DNA of 38,940 bases from an uncultured Desulfobulbaceae bacterium (GTDB lineage Bacteria > Desulfobacterota > Desulfobulbia > Desulfobulbales > Desulfobulbaceae), in the NCBI GenBank assembly GCA_964423765.1, contig CAYRGM010000001.1, positions 1 through 38,940 on the forward strand, read 5' to 3'. Below, one piece after another: positions 24,656-34,500 of this stretch. The translations under genes and the position numbers were made by a program. Numbering within the stretch: position 1 is the first letter of the stretch; every line of letters begins with the position of its first letter. A model generated the notes under the pieces. The model did no database searches, was not told the DNA's origin, and was given only the letters and a program-made list of their open reading frames with translations.

Positions 24656-26959
24656 TTACGCATCAGGTTTTGTTTTTTTGTGAATTGCTCCTTCAGAAAA
24701 ACTGAAGGTCAGCTCATTGTTTCTACAGCCGATTTTTGCTTTTCCTCCTTTCTTCAACTTGCCAAAAAGGATTTCTTCCGTCAGGATATCACTGATCTCT
24801 GCCATGATCAGGCGGCGTAAGGGCCGGGCCCCATAGGCCGGCTGATACCCTTTGCGGGCAAGATAACGGCGGGCAGCCGGAGTAAGCTGGATGGTGATTT
24901 TTTTATCAGCGAGCTGGTTCTGTAACTCAATGATCATTTTTCTGACCACCTTTTCAACCGTGTCTAATTTAAGGGTAGTAAAAGTAACGGTTGCATCCAG
25001 CCGGTTTCTGAATTCCGGTGAGAAAAGGTTTTTCAAGACCCTTTGTTCTTTGCCGCTGGAATCACCAATAAAGCCGATGGGGTTTTCGCTCATTTCCCTG
25101 GCTCCGGCATTGGTGGTCATGATCAGCACAACATTACGAAAATCAGCCTGTCTGCCACTGTTGTCGGTCAGGGTGGAATGATCCATTACCTGAAGCAGGA
25201 TTGAAAAAATATCAGGATGAGCCTTCTCAATCTCATCAAGCAATAAAACCGTATAGGGATGTTTACGAATGGCATCGGTCAGGAGACCGCCCTGCTCAAA
25301 GCCGACATACCCGGGAGGGGCACCGATCAGGCGGGCTACCGCATGTTTTTCCATGTATTCGCTCATGTCAAATCGTTCAAAGTTCACCTGGAGGTTTGCT
25401 GCCAACTGTTTTGCCACTTCTGTCTTGCCAACCCCGGTCGGTCCGGCAAAGAGAAATGAACCTGTGGGTGAGTCAGGATTTCCCAGACCCGCTCTGCCTC
25501 GCTTAACGGCCTTGACCAGAGTGTCAATTGCCATATCCTGCCCAAAAATAAATGATTTAAGGCGGCGGGATAAATTGCGTAACCCTTTGGTATCATCGTT
25601 GTCTTTGGTGATTACCGGTACTCTTGCCATCTTGGAAACAGTGGATTCTATATCGCAGACATTGACGGTTTTTCCTGTTTTTCCTGCCAATCTGAATGAG
25701 GCACCTGTCTCATCCATAACATCAATTGCTTTGTCGGGCAGAAAACGGTCGTTGATATACCTTGAGGAGAGTTCAGCGGTTGCCCGAACAGCAGCTTTGG
25801 AGTATTTGACCTGATGGTGTTCTTCATATTTCAGCAGCAACCCCTCAAGAATCCCGCAGGTGTCCTCAATGGAAGGCTCTTCAATATCAATTTTTTGAAA
25901 TCTTCGTGCCAAAGCTCGGTCTTTTTCGATATGATTTCTGTATTCCTCGTAAGTTGTAGAACCTATGCAGCGGATAGTCCCAGCCTGCAAGGCAGGTTTG
26001 AGCAGGTTGGAGGCATCCATGGAGCCGCCGCTTGTTGCCCCGGCTCCGATAATGGTATGCATCTCATCGATGAAGAGGATGGCGTTATCTTTTTCTTCGA
26101 TGGCATTGATGATATCCTTTAATCTTTTTTCAAAATCCCCTCTATATTTGGTGCCGGCGACCAGACTGCCCATATCCAGCATATATATTTCCGTGCCGCT
26201 CAGCAGGTCGGGAATGATTTTGTCAGCATTGTTTTCTTTGTCACTCCTGGCCAGGATATCTTCGTGGATACGCAGGGCCAGCCCTTCGGCCATGGCTGTT
26301 TTGCCTACGCCGGGTTCGCCCACCAGCAGGGGATTATTTTTTTTGCGTCGACAGAGAACCTGCATCATCCGGTTGATTTCATTATCACGACCGACCAGCG
26401 GGTCAATATTGCCTGCAGCGGCCCGGTTGGCAAAGTTGACCGTGAACTCTTCAAGCGGATCAGCGGTTTTTTTCTGTACTTTTTGTTTTTTCCGGGGAGG
26501 GGGCTGCCGGAGTGGTTCTTTCTGGAGGTTGTCCGGAATATTATGGGAGATATATTCCATTACCTCAAGTCTGCCCACCCCTTCTGAGCCAAGAAAAAAA
26601 ACAGCGTGGGATTCTATTTCCGTGAAAATTGAAACCAGGACATCACCGGTATCCACCTGTTTTTTCCCGCAACTCTGCACATGGTTGACTGCCCGTTGCA
26701 GGACCCGGTTAAAAGCAATGGTTTGAGCCGGCTCTATCTCACCATCTTTTTTCATTATGGGCATATTACTGGTAAAAAAATCTTCCAGCCGTTGTTTGAG
26801 TGTTTCATGGCTGCCGCCGCATTTGCCGATAATGTGGCGGGTCAGATCATCCTGGAGAAGACCAAAAAGCATATGCTCAATGGTGACATATTCATGCCGG
26901 TGTGATTTGGCTTCCCTTATTGCCCTGATCAGGGCTGTTTCAAGTTCTTTGCTTAGCAT
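24656..26959 (-). CDS. clpA: ATP-dependent Clp protease ATP-binding subunit ClpA
   Basis: 767 aa with an N-domain and two AAA+ modules (GEPGVGKTA and GPTGVGKTE Walker A motifs). It lies downstream of clpS. Confidence 0.96.
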   Translation of the reverse strand: MLSKELETALIRAIREAKSHRHEYVTIEHMLFGLLQDDLTRHIIGKCGGSHETLKQRLEDFFTSNMPIMKKDGEIEPAQTIAFNRVLQRAVNHVQSCGKKQVDTGDVLVSIFTEIESHAVFFLGSEGVGRLEVMEYISHNIPDNLQKEPLRQPPPRKKQKVQKKTADPLEEFTVNFANRAAAGNIDPLVGRDNEINRMMQVLCRRKKNNPLLVGEPGVGKTAMAEGLALRIHEDILARSDKENNADKIIPDLLSGTEIYMLDMGSLVAGTKYRGDFEKRLKDIINAIEEKDNAILFIDEMHTIIGAGATSGGSMDASNLLKPALQAGTIRCIGSTTYEEYRNHIEKDRALARRFQKIDIEEPSIEDTCGILEGLLLKYEEHHQVKYSKAAVRATAELSSRYINDRFLPDKAIDVMDETGASFRLAGKTGKTVNVCDIESTVSKMARVPVITKDNDDTKGLRNLSRRLKSFIFGQDMAIDTLVKAVKRGRAGLGNPDSPTGSFLFAGPTGVGKTEVAKQLAANLQVNFERFDMSEYMEKHAVARLIGAPPGYVGFEQGGLLTDAIRKHPYTVLLLDEIEKAHPDIFSILLQVMDHSTLTDNSGRQADFRNVVLIMTTNAGAREMSENPIGFIGDSSGKEQRVLKNLFSPEFRNRLDATVTFTTLKLDTVEKVVRKMIIELQNQLADKKITIQLTPAARRYLARKGYQPAYGARPLRRLIMAEISDILTEEILFGKLKKGGKAKIGCRNNELTFSFSEGAIHKKTKPDA

Positions 26960-26968
26960 ATCGTCACA

Positions 26969-27092
26969 TAAATATAAGGATTTGGGTGGGCAGGAAAAAT
27001 CTCATAATCAAGAATCTTAAATGTTTGGGTAGTGCCTTGTTTAAGTCTACGATTATCTGCGAGGCTTAAACGAGGTGCTGGTGACCGGTTAC
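26969..27092 (+). repeat. MITE-X-family remnant filling the clpS-clpA intergenic gap
   Basis: AAAAATCTCATAATCAAGAATCTTAAATGTTTGGGTAGTGCC, then a hairpin, then GGTGCTGGTGACCGGTTAC. It aligns with 28015-28066 and 15745-15785. All 4 hairpin mismatches are G-T pairs on the + strand. Confidence 0.55.
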
Positions 27093-27105
27093 TACCATCG
27101 GTAGT

Positions 27106-27423
27106 TTAGCCTATCTCTTCCATGGTACATTTAAGCGGATATTGGTTTTTTTGAGCCATCCTATGCACAGTGGTCACTTTGGTTTCACCTATTTCCCGAG
27201 TATATACCCCGGCGGTTTCGTGACCTTCGAGGTGAACATTGAGCATGACCCTGGTGGCTTCTTCGGTGGTTTTATGAAAAATTCTCTCCAGGATCATAAC
27301 GACAAAATCCATGCTGGTGTAGTCATCGTTATGGAGGATCACCTTGTAAAGGGGAGGTTCCTGCACATCATCCTTATCCCTTATCAGGGTATCTGCCTGG
27401 TGATTGTTTTCTTGTCGTGCCAT
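27106..27423 (-). CDS. clpS: ATP-dependent Clp protease adaptor ClpS
   Basis: 105 aa. PPLYKVILHNDDYTSMDFVV is the hallmark ClpS core. Confidence 0.93.
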   Translation of the reverse strand: MARQENNHQADTLIRDKDDVQEPPLYKVILHNDDYTSMDFVVMILERIFHKTTEEATRVMLNVHLEGHETAGVYTREIGETKVTTVHRMAQKNQYPLKCTMEEIG

Positions 27424-27602
27424 GTCAGAAGCCAGAGGACAGAACCGCCAGTCGTTTTTGGCCGTGGCTATTAGTTGTCATTTGATAATCTTCGGTTTTC
27501 ATTGTTTGTGTTTATGGGTACTGCTGGTTATTGCTGAAGTTTTTTATTTTTCCAGTATGTAAAAAACGGATGAATGACATTTTTAATAACTTTCTTTTTA
27601 AT

Positions 27603-27630
27603 ATTGTAATATGATTTGTTCATTTTGCAA
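27603..27630 (-). promoter_or_regulatory. Candidate sigma-70 promoter for clpS-clpA
   Basis: On the minus strand, TTGCAA (27625-27630), a 16 nt spacer, then TACAAT (27603-27608). This is a sequence match only. Confidence 0.3.
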
Positions 27631-27702
27631 GAGGAGAAGAGATTTTATCCGAAATTTTCAGGTAAAATAGTTTGTTTCTTCTGGTGAACATACTTATGGT
27701 TA

Positions 27703-27869
27703 GGAAAGAAATAACTTGGCCTTTCCATCTCGTAACTGCACCACATCTTCAGTTGATTTTGTATCTTCACAATCCTCACATAGCATAGCTATGCTGCGGT
27801 TGCGAAGATACAAAATCAACCGAACCTGCGGCACATTTACGGCTGAAAAAGCACAAGTTATTTCTTTCC
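27703..27869 (+). repeat. 167 bp long hairpin (element D), a divergent relative of MITE-A with replaced stems
   Basis: The outer 16 bp stem is perfect (27703-27718 with 27854-27869). The inner 17 bp stem is perfect (27752-27768 with 27804-27820). The apical loop is 35 nt. Colinear blocks shared with MITE-A are TAACTTG, CTGCACC..ATCT, AATCCTCA, TATGC(C)TGCGGTT and GCACAT. Confidence 0.7.
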
Positions 27870-27999
27870 GAGCCCTTACAGACATCGTAAACCTCCATGC
27901 CAGTCGAGTTGCCGCTTCGCTACTAATGAAAATGAAAACAGCAAGGTCGGTACAAGCCCGTGAGACTTCCGGTAACTGACCCCTGTCACCTGTTCCCTG

Positions 28000-28152
28000 G
28001 TAAATATTCGGGTTGGTAAAAAGAATCTCATAATCGAGGACTGTAAATGTTTGGGTAGTGCCCCAGGTTTGCTCAATCCGGCTTGAGAGCTATATTGAGT
28101 CATATGCTCTCAAGCCGGATTGAGCGAAAATGGGGTGCTACCCGAATATTTA
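28000..28152. mobile_element. MITE-X copy (153 bp) with 13 bp perfect TIRs and a 9 bp TSD, inserted at the 3' end of holA
   Basis: TAAATATTCGGGT (28001-28013) pairs with ACCCGAATATTTA (28140-28152). Direct repeat TGTTCCCTG occurs at 27991-27999 and 28153-28161. There is an internal 20 bp perfect hairpin (28071-28090 with 28106-28125). Confidence 0.8.
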
Positions 28153-29541
28153 TGTTCCCTGTCCTCTGTCTTCAACAAGCATGGAGATCAGCAATTGATG
28201 TAAAATCGTAACTGGTTCAGCAACAGCACCTTTTGCTCCCTTTAATCTCTGTTCAGTGAGGAGAATTTTTTTCATCCAGTCGCATAACTGTGCCAGGGAA
28301 AAAAAACCAGCGGTTTTAAACTGCATATACACCGCATAAGGATGTCCCTTGAACTCTTGCTGCCAACGGTGTTGTTCTTTGATTTTCGGTAGACAGCGGT
28401 TTTGGAAAACATTAGCAGAAATATTTTTGGACCAGCCATATTCAGGTTGTTCCAACAGGCTGCGGCAGAGCAGAAGATTACCGGCAAAATTACGAATGGT
28501 AGCCACGATGGCCAGGGGATGGATGGAGTTGTCTGTTAATCTTTCACTTAAAATTAATGCTTGTTCAAGGTTGCGGCTACCGATGGCCGCAGTCAGCTCA
28601 AAAATGGCATTCTGGCGGGTGCGGCCGATAATTCTGTCCATATCTTCCATGGTTATCCGGGTTTGCTCACCAACTGATAAACAGAGTTTCTCCGTCTCCA
28701 TGAGTGCAGCCACCGGGTGAAAGCCAACCCTCTCAAAAAGCTGTTCCATAACCCCGCTGTCCAGATTCTTTCCCATATCGGTAAGGGTGGCCCTGATTAA
28801 ATCTCCGATAATCTGGTTCTGGGCGGTTTTTGCTTTTGCGCTGGCTCCTTGTTCAACACTCAAATCTATGACGGTGTGATTTTTTTTAAGATATTTGAAT
28901 AATTTTTTTCGTTTATCCACATCTTCAGCAAGGAGAATCAGCAGGTTATTTTTGGGGATGCCGTTTTCCATGGTCTTTTCAAGCAGGGCTGACGGGTCAT
29001 TGGCTGATTTACCTTGTTTTTGGTTTGTCTTAACGCTCTGTCCTGCTTGGCTGACTAATTCATTGATCCAGGAAAGATCTTCGCCGGGATGGGGGAAATC
29101 AAAACACTTCTGCCATTCACCAGCACTTAAACCAGCCGGGTTATGATCAGCAAGCTCAGGAGATAGTCCACCGGCATGCATCATCGCTGTCAGGTTACGC
29201 AGAGCTGCTTTTTGATTGTTAGCAGCCTTGGCTTTTAAGAGTTTTCCCCATAAGCCTTTGGTTATCTTTTTTGAATGGAACAGTCTGGTACCTGTAACCC
29301 GGTAAACTTGGCGGCCGGGCAGAAGGCTGTAACTGCATAGTTTGGAGATTGTGGCTGTTGGATCTTCTTCTTCACCGTCAATGCTATGAACTGTACCGCC
29401 ACCGCTGATCAGGATTTTTTCTAACTGTTCAGAAGCCTGTTTGCAGAGAAATCTATCCCCGATGAGCAAGTAAAGGGAATCAGGTTTTTCGCTGCTTTGT
29501 CTGAGCAGATTTTTTAATTGTTTTTCGGTGTAAACGGGCAT
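28150..29541 (-). CDS. holA: DNA polymerase III delta subunit (HolA-like), unusually long
   Basis: The N-terminus LYLLIGDRFL and the C-terminal IFELTAAIGSRNLEQALILSERL...HPLAIVATIRNF resemble HolA. At 463 aa it is longer than the roughly 330-350 aa expected. The stop codon lies inside the MITE-X terminus. Confidence 0.6.
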   Translation of the reverse strand: MPVYTEKQLKNLLRQSSEKPDSLYLLIGDRFLCKQASEQLEKILISGGGTVHSIDGEEEDPTATISKLCSYSLLPGRQVYRVTGTRLFHSKKITKGLWGKLLKAKAANNQKAALRNLTAMMHAGGLSPELADHNPAGLSAGEWQKCFDFPHPGEDLSWINELVSQAGQSVKTNQKQGKSANDPSALLEKTMENGIPKNNLLILLAEDVDKRKKLFKYLKKNHTVIDLSVEQGASAKAKTAQNQIIGDLIRATLTDMGKNLDSGVMEQLFERVGFHPVAALMETEKLCLSVGEQTRITMEDMDRIIGRTRQNAIFELTAAIGSRNLEQALILSERLTDNSIHPLAIVATIRNFAGNLLLCRSLLEQPEYGWSKNISANVFQNRCLPKIKEQHRWQQEFKGHPYAVYMQFKTAGFFSLAQLCDWMKKILLTEQRLKGAKGAVAEPVTILHQLLISMLVEDRGQGT

Positions 29542-29721
29542 GTTTTTAAGTTCTTGTTTAAAATATCTGTATTTTTTATTATACCCGATTACAGGTTATC
29601 AGGGGAGTAAAATCATTGATCCAAAACCTGAAATCTGGAAGATGGGGAGCTTATCGAATATTTACTATTCCGGTTCTTATGATCTTTTCGTTTATGCTGG
29701 ATTTTTTTAAAAGGTGATCTT

Positions 29722-31518
29722 TTGTTTTCGTTTTTGTTTTCGTTTTTCCCCGGCAGGGGATTTATTCATAGTTTTTTCTTTATCTGTTTTTTCCCGGTGT
29801 TATTATTATTTATATCGGTGGCAGTTTGTCATGGTGTTTCGCTAACTGTCAGCGTCAAGGGAATAGAAGGAGAACTCCGTGATAATGTCCTAAGCGGTTT
29901 AAAGATATATAAACTGGCGGAAGATCCTGATATAACCCATCGGCAAATTCGTCGCCTGCACCGGTTAGCCCCGGGAAATATCAAAAAATCCCTGGCTCCT
30001 TTTGGTTATTATTCTGTTGTGGTTGATGGTACTCCTGTTACATCAGACAGCGGAGCTAAGGTTCAGGTTGTCTATCAGGTGGATGCGGGCGAACCGGTGC
30101 TTGTCGAGCTTTTGTTGGTGGAGATAACCGGGCCAGGCGGAAAAAACCCTGTTTTTCAAAATGCAGGTCGAGATTTTCCCCTTCAACTGACAGATCAGTT
30201 AAACCATCTTCTTTATGAAAAAGGCAAACAGCAATTGCTGGCCCTTGCCATGGAACATGGATACATGAAGCCTGCATTTACAGAGCATAGGATTCTGGTT
30301 TGCAGAGCTAAAAAGCGGGCTGAGATCAGGCTGATTCTTGATACGGGTATTCTTTATCGTTTTGGCAAAACAACTATCAGCCAGGGGATTATCAGTGACG
30401 AACTTTTTCAGGGGTTTATTTCCTATCGTCAGGGAGATGTCTTCTCCCAGGAACTTTTGCGGCAACTGCATGCGGACCTTCAGGTAAGCGGATATTTCAG
30501 CAATATTATAATTATGCCTGATTATACCATGGTCGCAGACGGGAAAATTCCCATCACTGTAACGCTTACACCTGCTCTGCCCAACAGGTACAGTATTGGT
30601 CTTGGTTTTGGGACAGATACGGGTATACGGGGCAACTTGAGATGGGAAAATCTTCGTTTAAACCGTCATGGTCATAGAATGTCATTGTTTACCAGATATT
30701 CTGAAAAAAGACGATCCCTGGATGTCGACTATGAGGTGCCTATTTTTGATCCCCGTCATGAATCATTTCGTCTTCATGGTCAGTATCTTGATGAGAGTTG
30801 GAACTATACTGATACGGAACTTTTGTTGCTTGGCGTTTCTTATAATAATCATACCAGTAAGTTACATTATGGGTTAGGTCTTGAGTATCGGCACGAAAAA
30901 TATCAGGTTGGAGTTGGCAGCGGTTCTGCCAGTTTGTTGATGCCAAGCCTTTATTTTCTGCGGATTTTTGCACAAGATCGTATCCATGTGGAAGACGGTA
31001 TCAGAATAAGTGCTTCTTTAAGAGGGGCAAGTCGGGATATGTTGTCTACCACGAGCTTTATTCAGGGTAAAGCTGCAGGGAAAATAATTATTTCTCCTTT
31101 GACAAAATGGCGTATAATTGGTCGTGGTAATCTGGGCATCACAGCCATGGAGTCCATTGATGAATTGCCGCCTTCCCTTCGTTTTTACGCAGGTGGAGAT
31201 AAAAGTGTCCGTGGATATGGATATAGAGAGCTTGGTCCGGTTGATTCTTCCGGAACGATCATCGGCGGAAAATATCTTGTTGAAGCAAGTATTGAAATTG
31301 AGAGATCCTTATCACCCACCTGGAGTCTGGCGGCTTTTTATGATGTTGGCAATGCCCTTGACAGTCTTGATAATTTTGCAGATGAGCTCAAGCATGGAGC
31401 AGGGGTGGGGGTACGGATGAATCTTCCTTTTGGTCAGGTACGCCTGGACATTGCCAGCGGACTCTCTGAAGATGGGTATCCGGTGCGGATTCATCTCTCT
31501 ATTGGGGCGGATCTATAA
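29722..31518 (+). CDS. tamA: TamA/BamA-family outer-membrane protein (POTRA domains plus beta-barrel)
   Basis: 598 aa. The C-terminal barrel carries RFYAGGDKSVRGYGY and GAGVGVR motifs. It sits directly upstream of a TamB-like gene. The start is TTG, preceded by AAGGTGA. Confidence 0.75.
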   Translation: MFSFLFSFFPGRGFIHSFFFICFFPVLLLFISVAVCHGVSLTVSVKGIEGELRDNVLSGLKIYKLAEDPDITHRQIRRLHRLAPGNIKKSLAPFGYYSVVVDGTPVTSDSGAKVQVVYQVDAGEPVLVELLLVEITGPGGKNPVFQNAGRDFPLQLTDQLNHLLYEKGKQQLLALAMEHGYMKPAFTEHRILVCRAKKRAEIRLILDTGILYRFGKTTISQGIISDELFQGFISYRQGDVFSQELLRQLHADLQVSGYFSNIIIMPDYTMVADGKIPITVTLTPALPNRYSIGLGFGTDTGIRGNLRWENLRLNRHGHRMSLFTRYSEKRRSLDVDYEVPIFDPRHESFRLHGQYLDESWNYTDTELLLLGVSYNNHTSKLHYGLGLEYRHEKYQVGVGSGSASLLMPSLYFLRIFAQDRIHVEDGIRISASLRGASRDMLSTTSFIQGKAAGKIIISPLTKWRIIGRGNLGITAMESIDELPPSLRFYAGGDKSVRGYGYRELGPVDSSGTIIGGKYLVEASIEIERSLSPTWSLAAFYDVGNALDSLDNFADELKHGAGVGVRMNLPFGQVRLDIASGLSEDGYPVRIHLSIGADL

Positions 31519-31574
31519 TCTATAATTGAGAATTGAGAATTGATAATTAGAGAGATGGTGTTTATGAGGTTTGT

Positions 31575-34500
31575 ATGCAATTCATCCGTATGATTAAATG
31601 GTTATTGCTGTTTCCATTTTTTCTTGGCCTGGTTGTGGTTTCCTTGTTGGCTACGGAAAAAGGTTTTCAGTTGATTGTTGAGCTTGGTGATTCGTTGAGC
31701 GGCGATATTTTTTCCGTTGAGCGGGTGGAGGGGAGACTGTTCTCTGCCTGGCGCTTGGAAGAGGTAACACTTCGGATTAACAAGAATAATAGAGAAACTG
31801 AGGGTGCAAGTGAATATAAAGAAAATCAGATTACGGTGGAAATAGATGAGCTGGCATGTTCCTGGCGAGTGATGGAACTTCTCAGGGGAACTCTCCACGG
31901 AGAATATATAAGGGTACGGGGGGTAAGGGTTTGGCTTGCGGCTGAAGAAGAGAAAAATGATGTTCCCAGGAGGAACTGGCAAGCTGAATTACCGGAGATC
32001 AATCTGCTGGTCAACTTGATTGTCGATGATTTTCGTCTTGATGATTTGAGTATTTTTTCCCCTTCTATTGGAGACGGTTATGACGGTTATGGAGAACCGT
32101 TTATTATTCATGAGCTTCTAATGAAAGCCGAGCTAATTGATGGTCATTTAAGAGTTAAACGCTTTAAGTTGGATACTCCTGATTTTGGCGGAGAATTTGC
32201 AGGGGACCTACAGTTTACGGGTAATTGGCCGCTTACCCTTGCTGGTGACTGGTTTGCTGTGGCTGCCGGCAGTGATGAGTTGAGTGGCAGCCTGGGGTTA
32301 AGGGGTGATCTGGAGGAGTTAACAGTATCCATGCAGCTTGAAGCACCGTTTACGGCTGAAATAACTGGCGGGGTAACGAGCATGTTGTCGGATAATCTTC
32401 AATGGCGGTTTTCCGGCAACACCGGGGAGATTATTTTAAATGACCTTGGGATTGAGCTGCCGGTCAGTGGTATGCTTGATATCAATGAGGTTTCCGGCTC
32501 ATTACAGACTTATCAAGGGGTTATTGCCGCTGAGATTAATTACTCTGATTACCCGCGGGTACGGGTTGAGAGCAGTTTTGCCGGTGATTTATCAGGGGTG
32601 GATATCTCCTTTTTTCGTCTGCTTGTTGATCAAAGTGTTTTAACTACTGTCGGGCGGGTTGATTGGGGGGACGGGCTGTCCTGGCAGGGTAATATTAAGG
32701 GCGAACAAATAGACCCTGAGTTGTTTCTTGCCGGCTGGCCGGGAAAAATTGACCTTGCACTTGGTATTAGGGGGAAGTGGTATAATGACGATTTGAGTAC
32801 TGATTTACAGCTTGAGCTGCTTGATGGCGTACTTAGGGGTTTTCCGCTCGCGGGAACCGGCAGGATGGAGCTGAGCGGCGATGAGCTTAAATTTTATAAT
32901 CTGCTCCTTAAATCAGGCACCACTTCTTTACAGGTTCATGGTCAGGCCGGGGCAGAATTTGACCTCTCTTTTCAGGCTGAATCAGAGGATATGGCAAGCC
33001 TGCTCCCGGAAAGCAGGGGCTGGCTCAGAGCAGAAGGAAAAGTGCATGGCTCTTGGGATGCACCCCGTATCATTTTTGATTTAAAGGGCCGAGAGCTTGG
33101 TTTTAAAGAGTACTGGGTCCGGGAAATTTCAGCCCAGGTCGATTTGGATCTTGGCGGCGATGGCCAGTTGAAGGCCGAGGTAAAAGGGAGCGGAATTGGC
33201 GGAGCAACTGAAAATTATATTGATCGGGTTTGGCTTGACCTGAGCGGGGATCTAAAAAAACATACTCTGGTGATATCGGCTGCCGGTGCTGCGGGGGGGC
33301 TTGATTTAAGTTTCACCGGCACTCTGAAAGATGAAGAGTGGCAGGGAGAGATAGATCAGCTGCAATTTTATTCACCACGATTTGGCCAGTGGCAGACAGA
33401 ACCAGCGGCGGCCTTGATAATTGGCAGGCAACAGGCTAAGATTTCAGATTTTTTTCTTCGCCATGAACAACTTCTTTTTTCACTTGAGGGGGGATGGGAG
33501 CAGGAAAAAGGCTGGCATATCAGGAGTGATCTGGAGGATTTTTCCCTGCAATTACTTGAGGATTGGGGTTTTGCTGTTCCCAGGTTTCAGGGCATGGTGA
33601 GGGCCGAGTTCACAGCAGCAGGAGATGGTGCTGTTCCGGATCAGGTTGAGCTTGTTGTTTCTCTTCCTGAGCTTGTTCTTACTGGCTATGATGAAGACGG
33701 CAAAGTTAAAAAATGGCTCTGGCCTGAAAATAATATCGACATAAGTATCGATGATGGTGAGGCTCAAATCATTGCCCTGAGCAGGTTTGAGGATGGCTGT
33801 ACCGGGAAGTTAGATATAGTGGTGCAAAACCTGGATTTTTCTGATTATCAGCCGGAGGAGATAACTCTGAGCGGTAATCTGAAAACAATGATATCTGATA
33901 TATCCTTCATTGCGCCACTTAGTAACTATATGTTGGATGGAAGCGGTGGACTTGGTGGTAATGCCAGGATATCGGGGACGGTTGCCGCCCCGGTTATTCA
34001 CGCAGAGTTTTCCCTTGTCGATGGGGAAGTTCTTGTTCCGGCGGCAAATATTTCTCTGGATCGGCTTGAGTTCTCCGCACGCGGAGATGGCAGAAATAAT
34101 ATTGTTGATATCCTGGTGAGTTCAGGGGAAGGAAGTATATCGGTGGCTGGTGCAGTTAACCGTATTGATGACAGGCAGTGGCAGGCAGATCTTGGTATCA
34201 TTGGTGAGAGGTTCAAGATGGTTAACTTGGCCGAATATCAGGTGGAAATAAGTCCTGCTATTCGTTTGCTCTATAATTATCAGGACGGTATTCACTTAAG
34301 CGGTGCTATTATTATTCCCATGGCTTATATCGCTCCGGAAGAGTTTCAGAGAGTGGTTACAGCTTCAGCAGATGTAGTTATGGTCGATTCTGATGGGCAA
34401 AAGCAGCAGAAAACCGGTCATAATCTGCCCTTGTCCTTTGAGCTTGATGTTATTTCCGGGGAAGATGTGGAAATAAATGCCTTTGGTCTTCAGGGGTATC

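Noticed and set aside
25965-26726. 253 aa ORF on the + strand, with neighbours at 25269-25814 and 25814-26122, antisense to clpA
   Set aside because: It lies entirely within the strongly supported clpA reading frame. The composition is low-complexity and S/P/R-rich with no recognisable motifs. It is a typical shadow ORF.
27703-27869. Element D as a 6S RNA (long hairpin of about 170 nt)
   Set aside because: 6S RNAs have irregular helices and a large central bubble. Here two helices of 16 and 17 bp are perfect, and the sequence is related to a TSD-bounded MITE. It cannot be excluded without a covariance-model search, so it is kept as a finding under a neutral description.
27700-28103. ORFs 27700-27885(-), 27716-27979(+) and 27876-28103(-) in the holA-clpS gap
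   Set aside because: They are composed of hairpin and repeat DNA (element D and MITE-X), overlap each other on both strands, and have no motifs.
15725-28152. CRISPR array or other regularly spaced repeat array among the many hairpin repeats
   Set aside because: The repeats are dispersed singly or in inverted pairs in different intergenic gaps. There are no direct repeats with constant spacing and no cas genes.
29722-29745. Tandem 12 bp duplication TTGTTTTCGTTT x2 at the tamA start
   Set aside because: It simply encodes the repeated FSF/LFSF of the signal-peptide N-region. There are only two copies and nothing suggests a phase-variation tract.
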